Positions 44,375 to 53,890 are shown, numbered from the stretch's first letter. The stretch is DNA of 64,000 nucleotides from Candidatus Methylomirabilia bacterium (GCA_046758965.1 JBHIBG010000002.1:76612-140611), one strand, 5' to 3'. Notes: generated from the letters alone by a model not told the origin. Numbers and translations: made by a program.

Positions 44375-44785
44375 CTACTCAAGAATCCCGAGGATCTCCT
44401 CCTCGCGCAGAATCAGGTACTCCTCGTCATCTACCTTGACCTCTGAACCCGCGTACTTCTCGAAGAGCACGTGATCTCCGGCTTTCACGTCGAGGGGTAC
44501 CCGCTTCCCACGCTCGAGCGCCTTGCCGCCGCCAACCGCGATGACCTCCCCTCTCTGGGGCTTTTCCTTTGCGGTATCAGGGATAATGATGCTCCCCCGC
44601 CGCTCCTCCTGCTCTCCGACACGCTTGACCAAGATGCGATCGTGCAATGGCCGCACCCTCGTCGCCCTCTCTCCACCCTTTGGTGTGCGCAGTGGGCCGC
44701 GTGAAGTTCTAACCTTGGAGCCCTTGCTCCGGCCTCCCTTGCCCCTCTTCACGTCCCGACCGCCAGTCCTTCTGCTTCTGGCCAT
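44375..44785 (-). CDS. groES: co-chaperonin GroES with basic N-terminal extension; no adjacent groEL
   Basis: [44 protein letters not shown]. Confidence 0.9.
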   Translation of the reverse strand: MARSRRTGGRDVKRGKGGRSKGSKVRTSRGPLRTPKGGERATRVRPLHDRILVKRVGEQEERRGSIIIPDTAKEKPQRGEVIAVGGGKALERGKRVPLDVKAGDHVLFEKYAGSEVKVDDEEYLILREEEILGILE

Positions 44786-45044
44786 GGCCCTATTATGGCA
44801 TTGACTGGTGGACCGCTGGGAGAACCTTATTGCGCCGCGCGATCATCATGGCTCGCCGTCCCGTTCGTGTCAGGCGCTCTTCCACCGCCTCCGCTACAGT
44901 CTCGGTCACGTCGAGCTCGGTGTGTGGGGACCGCCGTGGCGGCCTCGTCACGGTGATCGCGGGATCACCACCGTGGAGAGGGTCGCCCGGGTCACCGCGG
45001 AGTCAGTCACGCCCAGGAACGAATCATCCGGCGGAATGCCGCTT

Positions 45045-45284
45045 TCAGCAGAGGCGGTTGTACAGCCAGGCGATGACGATCCCACCGAGAGCCCCATCGG
45101 CAAAGCCCCAGAGCCCTCCCACCAGGCTTCCAGCCAGACTCGCGGTAAAGCCCAGGTAAACGGACCCCAGCACTTCGACAAGCGGTCGGCCCCAGCCGAC
45201 AGATCCGGCCAGGCCGAGAAGAAATATCCCTGCCCCCCAGCTCACCCCTAAAGCAAGAGCCAAGCCCTTAACACTCAGTCGCAT
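45045..45284 (-). CDS. small membrane protein (holin-like family)
   Basis: 79 aa, 2 TM, GSLVGGLWGFADG...AWLYN; G8 RBS. Confidence 0.6.
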   Translation of the reverse strand: MRLSVKGLALALGVSWGAGIFLLGLAGSVGWGRPLVEVLGSVYLGFTASLAGSLVGGLWGFADGALGGIVIAWLYNRLC

Positions 45285-45419
45285 TGCTGCTCCCCCCCCG
45301 TTTCAAGCTGCCTTTCTCGTGTCCCCCGTGAACCGCCCGCTCGGCCTCCAGCCGGAAGCAGGGACCGCTTCGGTGAACTGGCGACAGGCTGGATGAGGCC
45401 TGCGTGGGAGTGGTCATGC

Positions 45420-45640
45420 CTAGAGCGCCTCTGGTCCTCCTCGGACCCAATCGAATGACTGTACGGTCACCCCGCAGGTCGTTCCCGCTCCCGGCACTAC
45501 CACCTCAAAGTAGGCGACACCGAGCCTCTCTACGCTCCCAACGTCGCCCATGGTCTTGCTGGCAACTTGGCCGGAGCTGTCCAGCTCCTCCACCGAGAGC
45601 TCGAGGTCTACCACCCGAAAAGCGTAGTAGGTCCAAGGGC
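45420..45640 (-). pseudogene. remnant of an exported beta-rich protein related to 43449..43925
   Basis: LELSVEELDSSGQVASKTMG...YFEVVVP...VTVQSFDW; no credible start or signal peptide. Confidence 0.45.
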
Positions 45641-45742
45641 TCTCTTGTCCCAACCGCCACTCTCGGCCCTGTCTCCTGAGCCAAGCATACCGCCATAGGG
45701 CCGCGCACGGGAATGACACGCCGCAGCAAGGATCTAGCACCA

Positions 45743-45783
45743 GACTGACAATATGGCACCGGTTTGGACAACTTGACCGGAAG
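45743..45783 (+). promoter_or_regulatory. conserved 41-bp upstream element (putative enhancer), copy B
   Basis: GACTGACAATATGGCACCGGTTTGGACAACTTGACCGGAAG. Confidence 0.8.
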
Positions 45784-45864
45784 AGAAGGGGCGAGGGGCT
45801 GGATCCCCTCGAGATCGCCAAGCCAATGCAATGCGAAATCAGAGGACCCAGTCAGCGCGGAGTA

Positions 45865-45878
45865 GGCAGGGTTTTTGC
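45865..45878 (+). promoter_or_regulatory. sigma54 -24/-12 promoter (regulon site B)
   Basis: GGCAGGGTTTTTGC. Confidence 0.75.
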
Positions 45879-45922
45879 GTCTTCTCCGGGAGGTCGTGAT
45901 GTTATAGAGGAAGGAGGCTCCC

Positions 45923-46411
45923 ATGCTCGGACGTAGCAGTTCCTGGAGACAGGCTAGTGCCGACCGCTCGGACAACGACGGCCCGGGGGTGTCGACCACC
46001 CTCTTCACGATCGTCGGGGACCAGGCGAAGTTGGAGGGGAAGTTCGAAATTACCGAGTCCATCGAGATCGAGTGCGAGGTCGGTGGCCACCTGAAGGTGA
46101 GCGGCAAGCTGGTGATCGGCGAGAAGGGCGTCGTTCGCGCCGATGTTGAAACCGTGGACGCCGTCATCCAGGGGCAGTACGAGGGGAACATGGTGGCCAC
46201 GGGGAACGTGGAGATCACCGCCACGGGGCGGGTGAGCGGCAACATCGAGACCGATTCGTTGCTGATCTCCAAAGGCGGATTCTTCAACGGCAACGTGGTC
46301 AAGATGAAGGAGCGGGAGAAGGCGCAGCAGGATGAGACGCGCACCAGCACGAAGGCCCGGGCCAGCTGGGTAAAGGCCGCCCTGGAGGAGTCGGACCAGG
46401 CCTACGACTAA
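45923..46411 (+). CDS. bactofilin (polymer-forming cytoskeletal protein)
   Basis: TIVGDQAKLEG...LVIGEKGVVRADV...VEITATGRVSGNI...LLISKGGFFNG; AAGGAGG RBS. Confidence 0.9.
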   Translation: MLGRSSSWRQASADRSDNDGPGVSTTLFTIVGDQAKLEGKFEITESIEIECEVGGHLKVSGKLVIGEKGVVRADVETVDAVIQGQYEGNMVATGNVEITATGRVSGNIETDSLLISKGGFFNGNVVKMKEREKAQQDETRTSTKARASWVKAALEESDQAYD

Positions 46412-46937
46412 GCTGAGCGGGCCGCCCTCCTTGGCCCGCGATCGTCGCCGCGTATAGGTTGCGTCCCTGCCGCGTTTCGCGGCGATCTGCAACGAAGCGC
46501 TTTCTATCTGTCCGCCATTGCTCGCCTCGCATCGGACTTTGGGCGTTACCGATCTTTCTCGCTCGCCATGCTCATTGTCCCTTGCGGGACAGGGACTCTT
46601 CCAGCGCCTCTGCGACTTCACCTAGTAGTGCCCAAAGTAAATCGACCTCACGAGCACCCGCCGCGGGCCCTGTCCCGGCGAGCAGCCCCACGGTGCTTGC
46701 TCCCGCAGGCTCGGCTGCCCGTCAGGACCCGTCGGCCGAGTGCAGTTCCAGGCCTTTTCAGAGGCGGTGCGCTCCGCGCCGTGGGGCGCCCCCGACCCGG
46801 ATACGTTCCGTCTTCGACGGGTATCCGGGTGCCCGGCGCCACCCGCGGCTGCTGGCCCAAGCGAAACACGTTGGAGGCGCACTACGTTGTCAGCAGCGCG
46901 GGAGCGTGGCGCCAAGCCGAAGCATCTCATCCAAGGG

Positions 46938-46972
46938 TGTAAACCTTACAGCCCCGCTGTGTAGTTCTTACA
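46938..46972. promoter_or_regulatory. tandem palindromes, putative enhancer
   Basis: TGTAAACCTTACA and TGTAGTTCTTACA, 22-bp period. Confidence 0.55.
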
Positions 46973-47082
46973 TCCTGCCCTCGTAAACCAGAGCTCAACG
47001 ACGCCCGCGCCGTGAGGCCGGTGCCGAAACAAGGCATCGAAAATCAAGAAGTTTCCGACCGGAACACGTGCCTCCGCTGAGT

Positions 47083-47097
47083 TGGCAGGGCGATTGC
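47083..47097 (+). promoter_or_regulatory. sigma54 promoter
   Basis: TGGCAGGGCGATTGC(T). Confidence 0.65.
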
Positions 47098-47258
47098 TGG
47101 CTTCCACGGCGAACGTCGCTAAATGGGGCCGAACCATGGTTTGCCGCCTTGTGCTTTTTCGCTCTTCAGCAGACGCCGGAAATCTTTGCGCACGGGGGGT
47201 CAGCAGAGGTATGGAGAGCATCAGAAAACCCATGGCGAAAATCGAGGGCCGAAGGCGG

Positions 47259-47453
47259 ATGAAGCTCAGCGGGCTCACGATCGCATGGCGAGGGACGCCA
47301 CGCCTCGATGATTGGGTCGCCTACATTCACAACGGCACCAGATCCAAGAAGCCGATCCTCGCTGACCACGTGTCGGAGCGAAAGGTGAGGGCGCTCCTCT
47401 CGCGGCTCCAGACCATGTCACGACGGCAAATCGAGAGGTTGGCGAAAGGGTAG
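47259..47453 (+). CDS. small hypothetical protein
   Basis: MKLSGLTIAWRGTPRLDDWVAYI... 64 aa, protein-like, downstream of sigma54 site. Confidence 0.6.
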   Translation: MKLSGLTIAWRGTPRLDDWVAYIHNGTRSKKPILADHVSERKVRALLSRLQTMSRRQIERLAKG

Positions 47454-47590
47454 CCCCTCTCAGCCCGGAGCGCAGACCAGAGGCTGCCGAGGCCTCACAC
47501 GCTCTGGATCAGAAACCCTGAGTTCCGGCAGACGTGGCATGCTGCCACGCCATGCGCTGCTCCTGGACATCGGGCTGAGCGTGTGCGATA

Positions 47591-48025
47591 GTGAGCGAGA
47601 TGGTCAGGTTGCTTCTGCTCTTCATCTCTGTTCCCGCCGTCGAGCTAGCCTCCCTCATCGAGCTGGGCAGACAGATAGGCACCCTTGCCACCCTGGGGCT
47701 GATCGGGGTCACCGGCATGTTGGGCGCCTTCCTTGCTCGCCGCCAGGGCCTGGGCGTGTTGCGCCAGGTGCGGGCCGAGATGGCTGCCGGACGCCTTCCC
47801 GCTGGCTCGATCGTTGACGGCATCATCATCCTGCTGGCCGGCGCGCTGCTGATCACACCAGGAATCCTCACCGACGCCGTCGGCTTTCTCTGCCTGATTC
47901 CGGCCTCCCGGAAAATCATCAAGACCGCGCTCTGGCGCCGGCTAGAGCGGGCCGTTCGCGACGGCCAGGTGCGCGTCTCCGTGCACCGCGGGGAGGCATC
48001 CGCCAGGCGCTGGACTTCCATCTGA
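47591..48025 (+). CDS. fxsA: FxsA family membrane protein
   Basis: VPAVEL...RRQG...GALLITPGILTDAVG. Confidence 0.9.
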   Translation: MSEMVRLLLLFISVPAVELASLIELGRQIGTLATLGLIGVTGMLGAFLARRQGLGVLRQVRAEMAAGRLPAGSIVDGIIILLAGALLITPGILTDAVGFLCLIPASRKIIKTALWRRLERAVRDGQVRVSVHRGEASARRWTSI

Positions 48026-48193
48026 TCCTCTCGAGGCATCGTTTCCCGCACTAGGCGAAACCGTTCCTGATCAGTGAGCCGCCCGCACGAAAAGGACGAG
48101 GCCACGGAAGGGAGCATGCTACGCGAACGTGGTGCGCCACCAGTTGACTGGACGTGGATGCTGCGACCTAGAAGCGGGGAAAGCCCAGGATAG

Positions 48194-48778
48194 TCACGGC
48201 CTCTCGTCTCTCAAAATGAAGCCGCGGAGTCCGTTCCTTTCCAGGGCAGCCCGTACCGCCTCGGCCCGCTCTAGGCTCGGGTACTTGCCGACCCACACGA
48301 CGTGGGGCGCAGCCGCCGACTCGCCTCGGCGAATCACGGCCGGGTAGAGTTCGGCGGTGAGTCGGGCAGCCAATCGGGCAGCATTTTTCGCCTCTTTGAA
48401 CGCGCCCACCTGGACCCAGAACCCTCCCTTGGCAAGCACGGGAGCAGCTACGTTCCGCACGCTGGGCCGTGCGGACCTATGCTCCGCTAGTTGCGTGGTA
48501 GCCGACACCGCGGGAAGACTCGCCGCCTCCCATTTCTGCGGCGCTGGTGGGGTTGTAAGCGGCCGCGGACCTGCGAAAACCGGCGGCTCGAACGGGACCG
48601 ATCGCGCGCTCTCCAACGCGTGGCTTCGGATCGGCGCGAGACTTATCCACTCGACGAGGTAGGCGAGGGCCACGAACCCCAGCGCGAGGATCGCGAGCCC
48701 GCCGAGTAGTCTGCGGAACGACCCCTTCTCAACGATACGCCGAGTTGCCGGCTCCCTGTTGTCGTACCTCCTGCTCAT
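48194..48778 (-). CDS. membrane-anchored SPOR-domain protein
   Basis: TM, Pro-rich linker, FWVQVGAF...NAARL...HVVWVGKY. Confidence 0.85.
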   Translation of the reverse strand: MSRRYDNREPATRRIVEKGSFRRLLGGLAILALGFVALAYLVEWISLAPIRSHALESARSVPFEPPVFAGPRPLTTPPAPQKWEAASLPAVSATTQLAEHRSARPSVRNVAAPVLAKGGFWVQVGAFKEAKNAARLAARLTAELYPAVIRRGESAAAPHVVWVGKYPSLERAEAVRAALERNGLRGFILRDERP

Positions 48779-49102
48779 CGTCCTTCCTCCCAAATGAGCG
48801 AGCAACCCCTCTCTGTTCGCCACCCCCTGTAAGTCCGTACCGTACCATCAGAGCTTCCCATCCGAAGCAAGAAAAATGAGCCCTGCCATGGAAGGTAGAC
48901 GGCTGCCGGCGAAAGGATCGGCGATAGAAAAGCCCCGAGCGAGCCGGGGCGGCGGGGTGGGTGGACTCCCGAGTGGCGCTCGGATCGGCCCCTTCCTGGA
49001 AGCGATGCGCAACCCCCCTACCGTCAGAAGGTTCGGGTTGCGGCGGGCGTGTCGTTCAACACCGGGAAGCCGCCGAAGTGCATGGGCGCCAAGGCCTTCC
49101 AG

Positions 49103-49804
49103 TCACGGTCTTGCGGGGGCATAGGTGCTGAGAGTGGTCAGGAAGGCCTCGGCTTCATCAGGAGCCGCCAGCCGACTTCCCAAGAGGATCTCGCGGGCAG
49201 TGTAGCTGCGACCGTACAACTGCTGGTTGGCACCGCCATCGGCAAAGATCGTAGTGCCTTCCAGGGAAACGCCGCCGAACAAGCCCTGGGTGCGCGAGTA
49301 GGACAAGATCGCCGCCTGGAGGCGAACGTCAACGCCCACTTCCCCTCGTCGCCCCACGGGTCCCGCCGCGACGCTCAGGTCACCGCCCAGCGTCACTTTG
49401 CTCCGCAGCAGGCTGTCTACGCCCTGCCAGTTCATGACGAGGAGGATGAAGTCCGTCACCTGGGCGCCGATCTGCAAGCCGAAGCTCGCCCCGCCCATGC
49501 TGAAGAAGGCGGGGGGACTCCACCGTCCGTCGGCCTCGCGCCTGACACTCATGATTCCCTTGCCGGCCCGCCCTCCCACGAAGAAGGCCCCCTTCACCAC
49601 CCCGGGAAAGACCGCGACAGCGTAAGCGCGGTCCAAGAGATCCTGTGGTATCCCCTTGTCTGGAGCGCTCATCACCTCACGGAGAACGGCCGACGCCTTT
49701 TCGAATCGCGCCACGAGTTTCGGACCCACCTCTGCCGTCACCTGCCCGAACCCAACCATGACGAGGACGAGAGCCCCGACCAACGACCGCTGCCACCATC
49801 TCAT
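49103..49804 (-). CDS. SYLF/Ysc84 lipid-binding domain protein
   Basis: WSPPAFF, GASFGLQIGAQ, AAGPVGR, YSRTQGLFGGVSLEG. Confidence 0.92.
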   Translation of the reverse strand: MRWWQRSLVGALVLVMVGFGQVTAEVGPKLVARFEKASAVLREVMSAPDKGIPQDLLDRAYAVAVFPGVVKGAFFVGGRAGKGIMSVRREADGRWSPPAFFSMGGASFGLQIGAQVTDFILLVMNWQGVDSLLRSKVTLGGDLSVAAGPVGRRGEVGVDVRLQAAILSYSRTQGLFGGVSLEGTTIFADGGANQQLYGRSYTAREILLGSRLAAPDEAEAFLTTLSTYAPARP

Positions 49805-49854
49805 GTTCCCAACCCTCCGTTATCCCGGCTCGGCCAGCAGAGCGCCCGCCGCCC

Positions 49855-50020
49855 TCAGGGGGCCGTGGAGAACTTGACCGCGTGGCGGCCCTGCCCGCGT
49901 GGCCGGTCGCTCGACCCCCCTGCGTCCGCCGAACTGGACGTGGGAGTCCACGCCGGCCGTCGGCAGGTTCCCCATCACCGTGCGGGCCTGCGAATCGCGC
50001 TTGAGTCGGCTCGCGTACTT
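49855..50020 (-). pseudogene. aldehyde dehydrogenase C-terminal remnant, frameshifted
   Basis: VMGNLPTAGVDSHVQFGGRRG / SSDRPRGQGRHAVKFST matches the ALDH N-x-PT...FGGxKxS..GREQG end. Confidence 0.7.
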
Positions 50021-50185
50021 GGGGCCGGGCCCTAAGATTCCTCGGCCATTTTACCACGCCATTCCCACGCCGTCAGGCAGGGGTCCTTCCCTTGCGATGC
50101 TGCCGCACGAGAAGTGGCGATCGGCCAGGTCCTCTGGCAAGCTCCTGGGCCGCCGCGTCACCGTGGAGGAAGCGCAGGCAAACCC

Positions 50186-51730
50186 TTACGAGGCTCTGAT
50201 GCCATATCGTTTCATCTTCTTAATCAGCCCCTGGCGACTCACACCCAACGCCTTCGCGGCGTGCACCTGATTCTGGCGACAGGCTTGCAACGCTTCCAGG
50301 ATCAGGCGCCTCTCGACTTGCTCCACCGTCTCTTTCAGTCGGCGACCTGGTGCCGACCGCGAATGCACCCCGTGGCCGCCAGCGCTCCGGAGGGCTTCCG
50401 AGAGATCCTCCTCTGTCACCGCTATTTGCCGAGCCAGGACCACCAACCGCTTGATCTCGTTCTCCAATTCCCTCACATTCCCCGGCCAGGGGTAGCTCAT
50501 CAGGGATCTCAGCGCTCCTGGCGTGAGCTTCTTCGGCTCTTTCTTCATCTCCTGACAGTACTTGTCCAGAAAATGGACCGCTAAGAGCGGAATATCTTCC
50601 TGGATCTCTCGCAGTGGCGGCATGTGAATGTGGATCAGTTTCAAGCGATAGTACAGATCTTCGCGAAAGGTTCCTTTGCTGATCTCCGATTCCAGGTCCC
50701 TCTTCGTGGCGGAGAGGACGCGGACATCCACCGGAATTCCTCTCCTCGCGCCGACCCGCTCCACCACTCTCTCCTGTAGCACGCGCAGAATCTTGGCCTG
50801 CGCGACGAGGCTCAGATCTCCGATCTCGTCAAGGAACAACGTGCCGCCATCAGCCTCCTCGAACTTCCCAATACGGCGCTCCACGCCGGTCGCGACGCCT
50901 TTTTCGATCCCAAACAGCTCGCTTTCCACCAGGGCTTCCGGCAGCGCCGCGCAGTTCAGCGCGACGAACGGTCCCACGCGCGGGCTGCTGTAGTGAATGG
51001 CCCTCGCGAGCAGCTCCTTCCCAGTCCCGCTCTCCCCCGTAATCAACACATTGACGGAGCTGTCACTGATCTGCTCGATCAGCCTGAGGTTCCGTTGAAT
51101 CTTCTCGCTCGTACCGATAACGTTTCTGATGGAAAATCTCCCCTCGACCTCTCTCCACAAATGAGTGTTCTCCCGCAGGAGGTGATCATGGCTCTGCCTC
51201 AGCTCTTGGAGCAGTCGCACCGTTTCGATGGCAATCGCCACTTGCGAGGCTAGCGCTTTCAGAATCTCCTCGTCGTCCGCGGTGAACGCTCCCACCTTCT
51301 TGTTCAACACCTGAAATGTTCCGACACTCTCCCCCTCGTAATTTCGCAGCGGCACGGCCAGCAGACTTCGCGTCCGATACCCGGTGCGGTTATCAACCTC
51401 CGAATAGAAGCGTGGATCCCGGTAGGCATCTTCGACATTGATCGTCTGACCGGTGAGGGCGGCGGCCCCGGCGATCCCTAATCGGGCATCAAACCGGATC
51501 GGCTCGCTGCCGAGTGCCACCTGTGACCAGAGCTCGCGCTTCTCCCGATCCAGCAGGAAAATGCTCGCCCGATCCGCTTCCATGAGCCGCGTGGATTCCC
51601 GAGCGATCAGGTCCAAAAGAACCCCCAGATCGCGCTCCGAATTCATCTTCTGGCAGATCTTCAGGATCGCCAGGAGCTTCTCCCCATGGTGGCTTTCCAC
51701 ACGAAAACCCGGCCGGTTGATAGAATGCAT
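50186..51730 (-). CDS. GAF + sigma54-interaction AAA+ + Fis-HTH transcriptional regulator
   Basis: GESGTGKE, ESELFG, FLDEIG, FREDLYYRL, WPGNVREL; GAFTGA loop reads GVATGV. Confidence 0.93.
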   Translation of the reverse strand: MHSINRPGFRVESHHGEKLLAILKICQKMNSERDLGVLLDLIARESTRLMEADRASIFLLDREKRELWSQVALGSEPIRFDARLGIAGAAALTGQTINVEDAYRDPRFYSEVDNRTGYRTRSLLAVPLRNYEGESVGTFQVLNKKVGAFTADDEEILKALASQVAIAIETVRLLQELRQSHDHLLRENTHLWREVEGRFSIRNVIGTSEKIQRNLRLIEQISDSSVNVLITGESGTGKELLARAIHYSSPRVGPFVALNCAALPEALVESELFGIEKGVATGVERRIGKFEEADGGTLFLDEIGDLSLVAQAKILRVLQERVVERVGARRGIPVDVRVLSATKRDLESEISKGTFREDLYYRLKLIHIHMPPLREIQEDIPLLAVHFLDKYCQEMKKEPKKLTPGALRSLMSYPWPGNVRELENEIKRLVVLARQIAVTEEDLSEALRSAGGHGVHSRSAPGRRLKETVEQVERRLILEALQACRQNQVHAAKALGVSRQGLIKKMKRYGIRAS

Positions 51731-52012
51731 CGCCCGTCCCTCCAGGTCAGTGCGACCTCTCCCTTACCACGATAACCAGACCGGTGTCAACGAAATAGAC
51801 ACGACGACAACGGCGTTTACAGTGACTCGAAGCGCCCATCCCATCAGCAGTTAGGCCGTCTGGTGCGGTCATGACCTGAAACCGGCGTGAACACTCCCCG
51901 GACGAATCAAAGCCCTGTATGTCGGTGACTTGGCCCGACGAAGAAATCCAATGGGCTGATTTCTCGTGCCCATCCGCCACCCTCCCCGAATCCTTCCGCG
52001 CGCTCTGAGCCT

Positions 52013-52027
52013 TGGCACAACGCTTGC
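52013..52027 (+). promoter_or_regulatory. sigma54 promoter divergent from the bEBP
   Basis: TGGCACAACGCTTGC; upstream palindrome GTGTC-N9-GACAC at 51784..51802. Confidence 0.75.
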
Positions 52028-52073
52028 CGCAGCAAGAAACGTGCGAGACGCGCCGCGGCCCGATGCACCCAGC

Positions 52074-52199
52074 CCTGAGACCCGGCTCGAGTCGGGCCTG
52101 TTCGGTGACAAGACCGGCGCCTGCCCCGAGGTCTACCGGCCGAAGCTCGGGAAGTTCGAGTTTGCCAACGCGGGGACTATCTTCCTGGCACGGCCCTGA
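52074..52199 (+). pseudogene. fragment of a sigma54-activator AAA domain
   Basis: PETRLESGLFGDKTGACPEVYRPKLGKFEFANAGTIFL, a degenerate ESELFG..GAFTGA..GKFE.A.GGT.FL. Confidence 0.7.
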
Positions 52200-52262
52200 T
52201 CAAGACCGCAAGAGGACGCACCTGGGTCACGCCCTGGTCATGATGATCGCGCCGTAAGGCAT

Positions 52263-52277
52263 TGGCGCGATGCTTGC
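52263..52277 (+). promoter_or_regulatory. possible sigma54 promoter
   Basis: TGGCGCGATGCTTGC. Confidence 0.5.
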
Positions 52278-52303
52278 GTTGCGAGTGCGCGACGGAGAGA
52301 GAA

Positions 52304-52732
52304 ATGCAGGAATTCGGGCTCACCCGCATCCAGATCCTCGGTGCCGTGGCGCTGCTCGTCACGGGCTTGGTGACCCTAGCCACGGGGTTCCACCTGGCGA
52401 TCGAAGGGGTGGATGTGCGTCACGACGCCGGGGTTGTCAGGGATCGCGAGCGTACGACGACCCCGGACCCGCACACCCGGCGCTCGGCAGTGAGGAAGCC
52501 GCATCCGGTCCTGGCGGCGCTCGCCCTGGCCCGCCTGCTCATGGCGGGGGAGCTCAGGCGCCGTGAAGCGTCGTCGGGCGGGCAGCCGGGCCCCCGTGAG
52601 TGGGCAGCAGAGCTACTCCGCGGGCGCCCGCCGGGTCGAGAGGCTGCCCATCGTGGGCTGCGTCACCGGAGTTCCCGTCGTTGGTGGGAACAGATGATCG
52701 CGGTCGCTCCAGAGCGGATCTTCGAAGAGTAG
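52304..52732 (+). CDS. hypothetical membrane protein, possibly degenerate
   Basis: GGAG RBS; N-terminal TM; rest low-confidence. Confidence 0.4.
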   Translation: MQEFGLTRIQILGAVALLVTGLVTLATGFHLAIEGVDVRHDAGVVRDRERTTTPDPHTRRSAVRKPHPVLAALALARLLMAGELRRREASSGGQPGPREWAAELLRGRPPGREAAHRGLRHRSSRRWWEQMIAVAPERIFEE

Positions 52733-52743
52733 GATGCCGACCC

Positions 52744-53442
52744 GTGAGACCATATCGCGCGCTCAAGGGCCTCCTGCCGATCGTGGCTTTCATGGGGGCA
52801 GCTCACGCGGCCCCTCTCGAAGAGGCCATCATGCCACTCGAGCGGTACTCCAGCACGAAGGCCCGCTCTCTGGCCGCCCGCTACTCCTCCGAGCTCAGGC
52901 GGATTTACGACGATACCTCTCGCTGTCTCCCCTGGCTCCACATCAAGAAGCATGGGCTGGGATTTCGAAAACCTCACGGCGCCCTGGGCGACGATTTCTA
53001 TCTCACCCTCTGGGTCTGGGTGGACCAGACGATCACCCCGGAATTCACCGCGATGTCTCAGGCAAGCCGGGCCTCCGCCATGTTCTCCCGCTACGGGACC
53101 AATCTGCTCCGTCGTCTCTCGCGCCTCCACCGGCTCGCCGCCGACCGCGAGCTTGCCGGATACTCCGTGGTTCTTAGCTGGCTCAAGCCCGCTGGACGGG
53201 CCGAGCACCAGGGTCGGCCCACGGCGGAGACGTTGGCCGTCTTCGTCGATACGGCGACTGCGCAGGAGTTCCTCGCGCAAACGGTCACGCCGGCTCAATT
53301 CGTCAAGCAGGCCAGAGTGATCGCCTTCGAGGGGACGAGCGCATTGGGCCGCCTCCCCTTGACGATCTGGGAGGACGGCTTCATCGGGACGTTCAGGCCG
53401 AAGGACTCCACTCCCGGCGATTGCGACTCGGATCAGCGCTAG
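52744..53442 (+). CDS. exported hypothetical protein
   Basis: Signal peptide ending AAHA; globular protein-like composition. Confidence 0.68.
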   Translation: MRPYRALKGLLPIVAFMGAAHAAPLEEAIMPLERYSSTKARSLAARYSSELRRIYDDTSRCLPWLHIKKHGLGFRKPHGALGDDFYLTLWVWVDQTITPEFTAMSQASRASAMFSRYGTNLLRRLSRLHRLAADRELAGYSVVLSWLKPAGRAEHQGRPTAETLAVFVDTATAQEFLAQTVTPAQFVKQARVIAFEGTSALGRLPLTIWEDGFIGTFRPKDSTPGDCDSDQR

Positions 53443-53592
53443 CCCGACGCCCCTCACTCGCACCTTGGGGGCCGCCGGTGGTGCTGCCGGCACGGAGGCA
53501 TCCGCCACGTCTGCGAGTACCGCGGCCAATGTCAGCACGAGCAGCGAGAGGACCGGCCTGGGCACCGGGCGGTCGACACCCTCCGTGGCGTC

Positions 53593-53751
53593 ATGATCCT
53601 GCTTGACCACCCCGACGGTGATCGCGCCCGGAGCTTGGCCGGCGGCCTGGCCGTGGCCATCACGGTCGGCATGCTGGGGCTGCTGACCTTCGCGTTGGCC
53701 GCCAGCGTTGGCCTGACGGTGCTGGCGACAGCGACATGGCACTGGTGGTGA
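53593..53751 (+). CDS. 52-aa hydrophobic small protein
   Basis: MILLDHPDGDRARSLAGGLAVAITVGMLGLLTFALAASVGLTVLATATWHWW*; below ORF-track cutoff. Confidence 0.45.
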   Translation: MILLDHPDGDRARSLAGGLAVAITVGMLGLLTFALAASVGLTVLATATWHWW

Positions 53752-53890
53752 TCCCTCACCCCCTTCTTCCGCGGCCCCCGCTCGTTCTCACGTGTCGCCT
53801 GCTAGCGCGCCGAAAGACGGGGAAGCACCAGGGAGCGTGACCAGTCAGAGCCCGAGGGCTTCCCGGAGGAGCCTCACGGGAACTCCGGCA

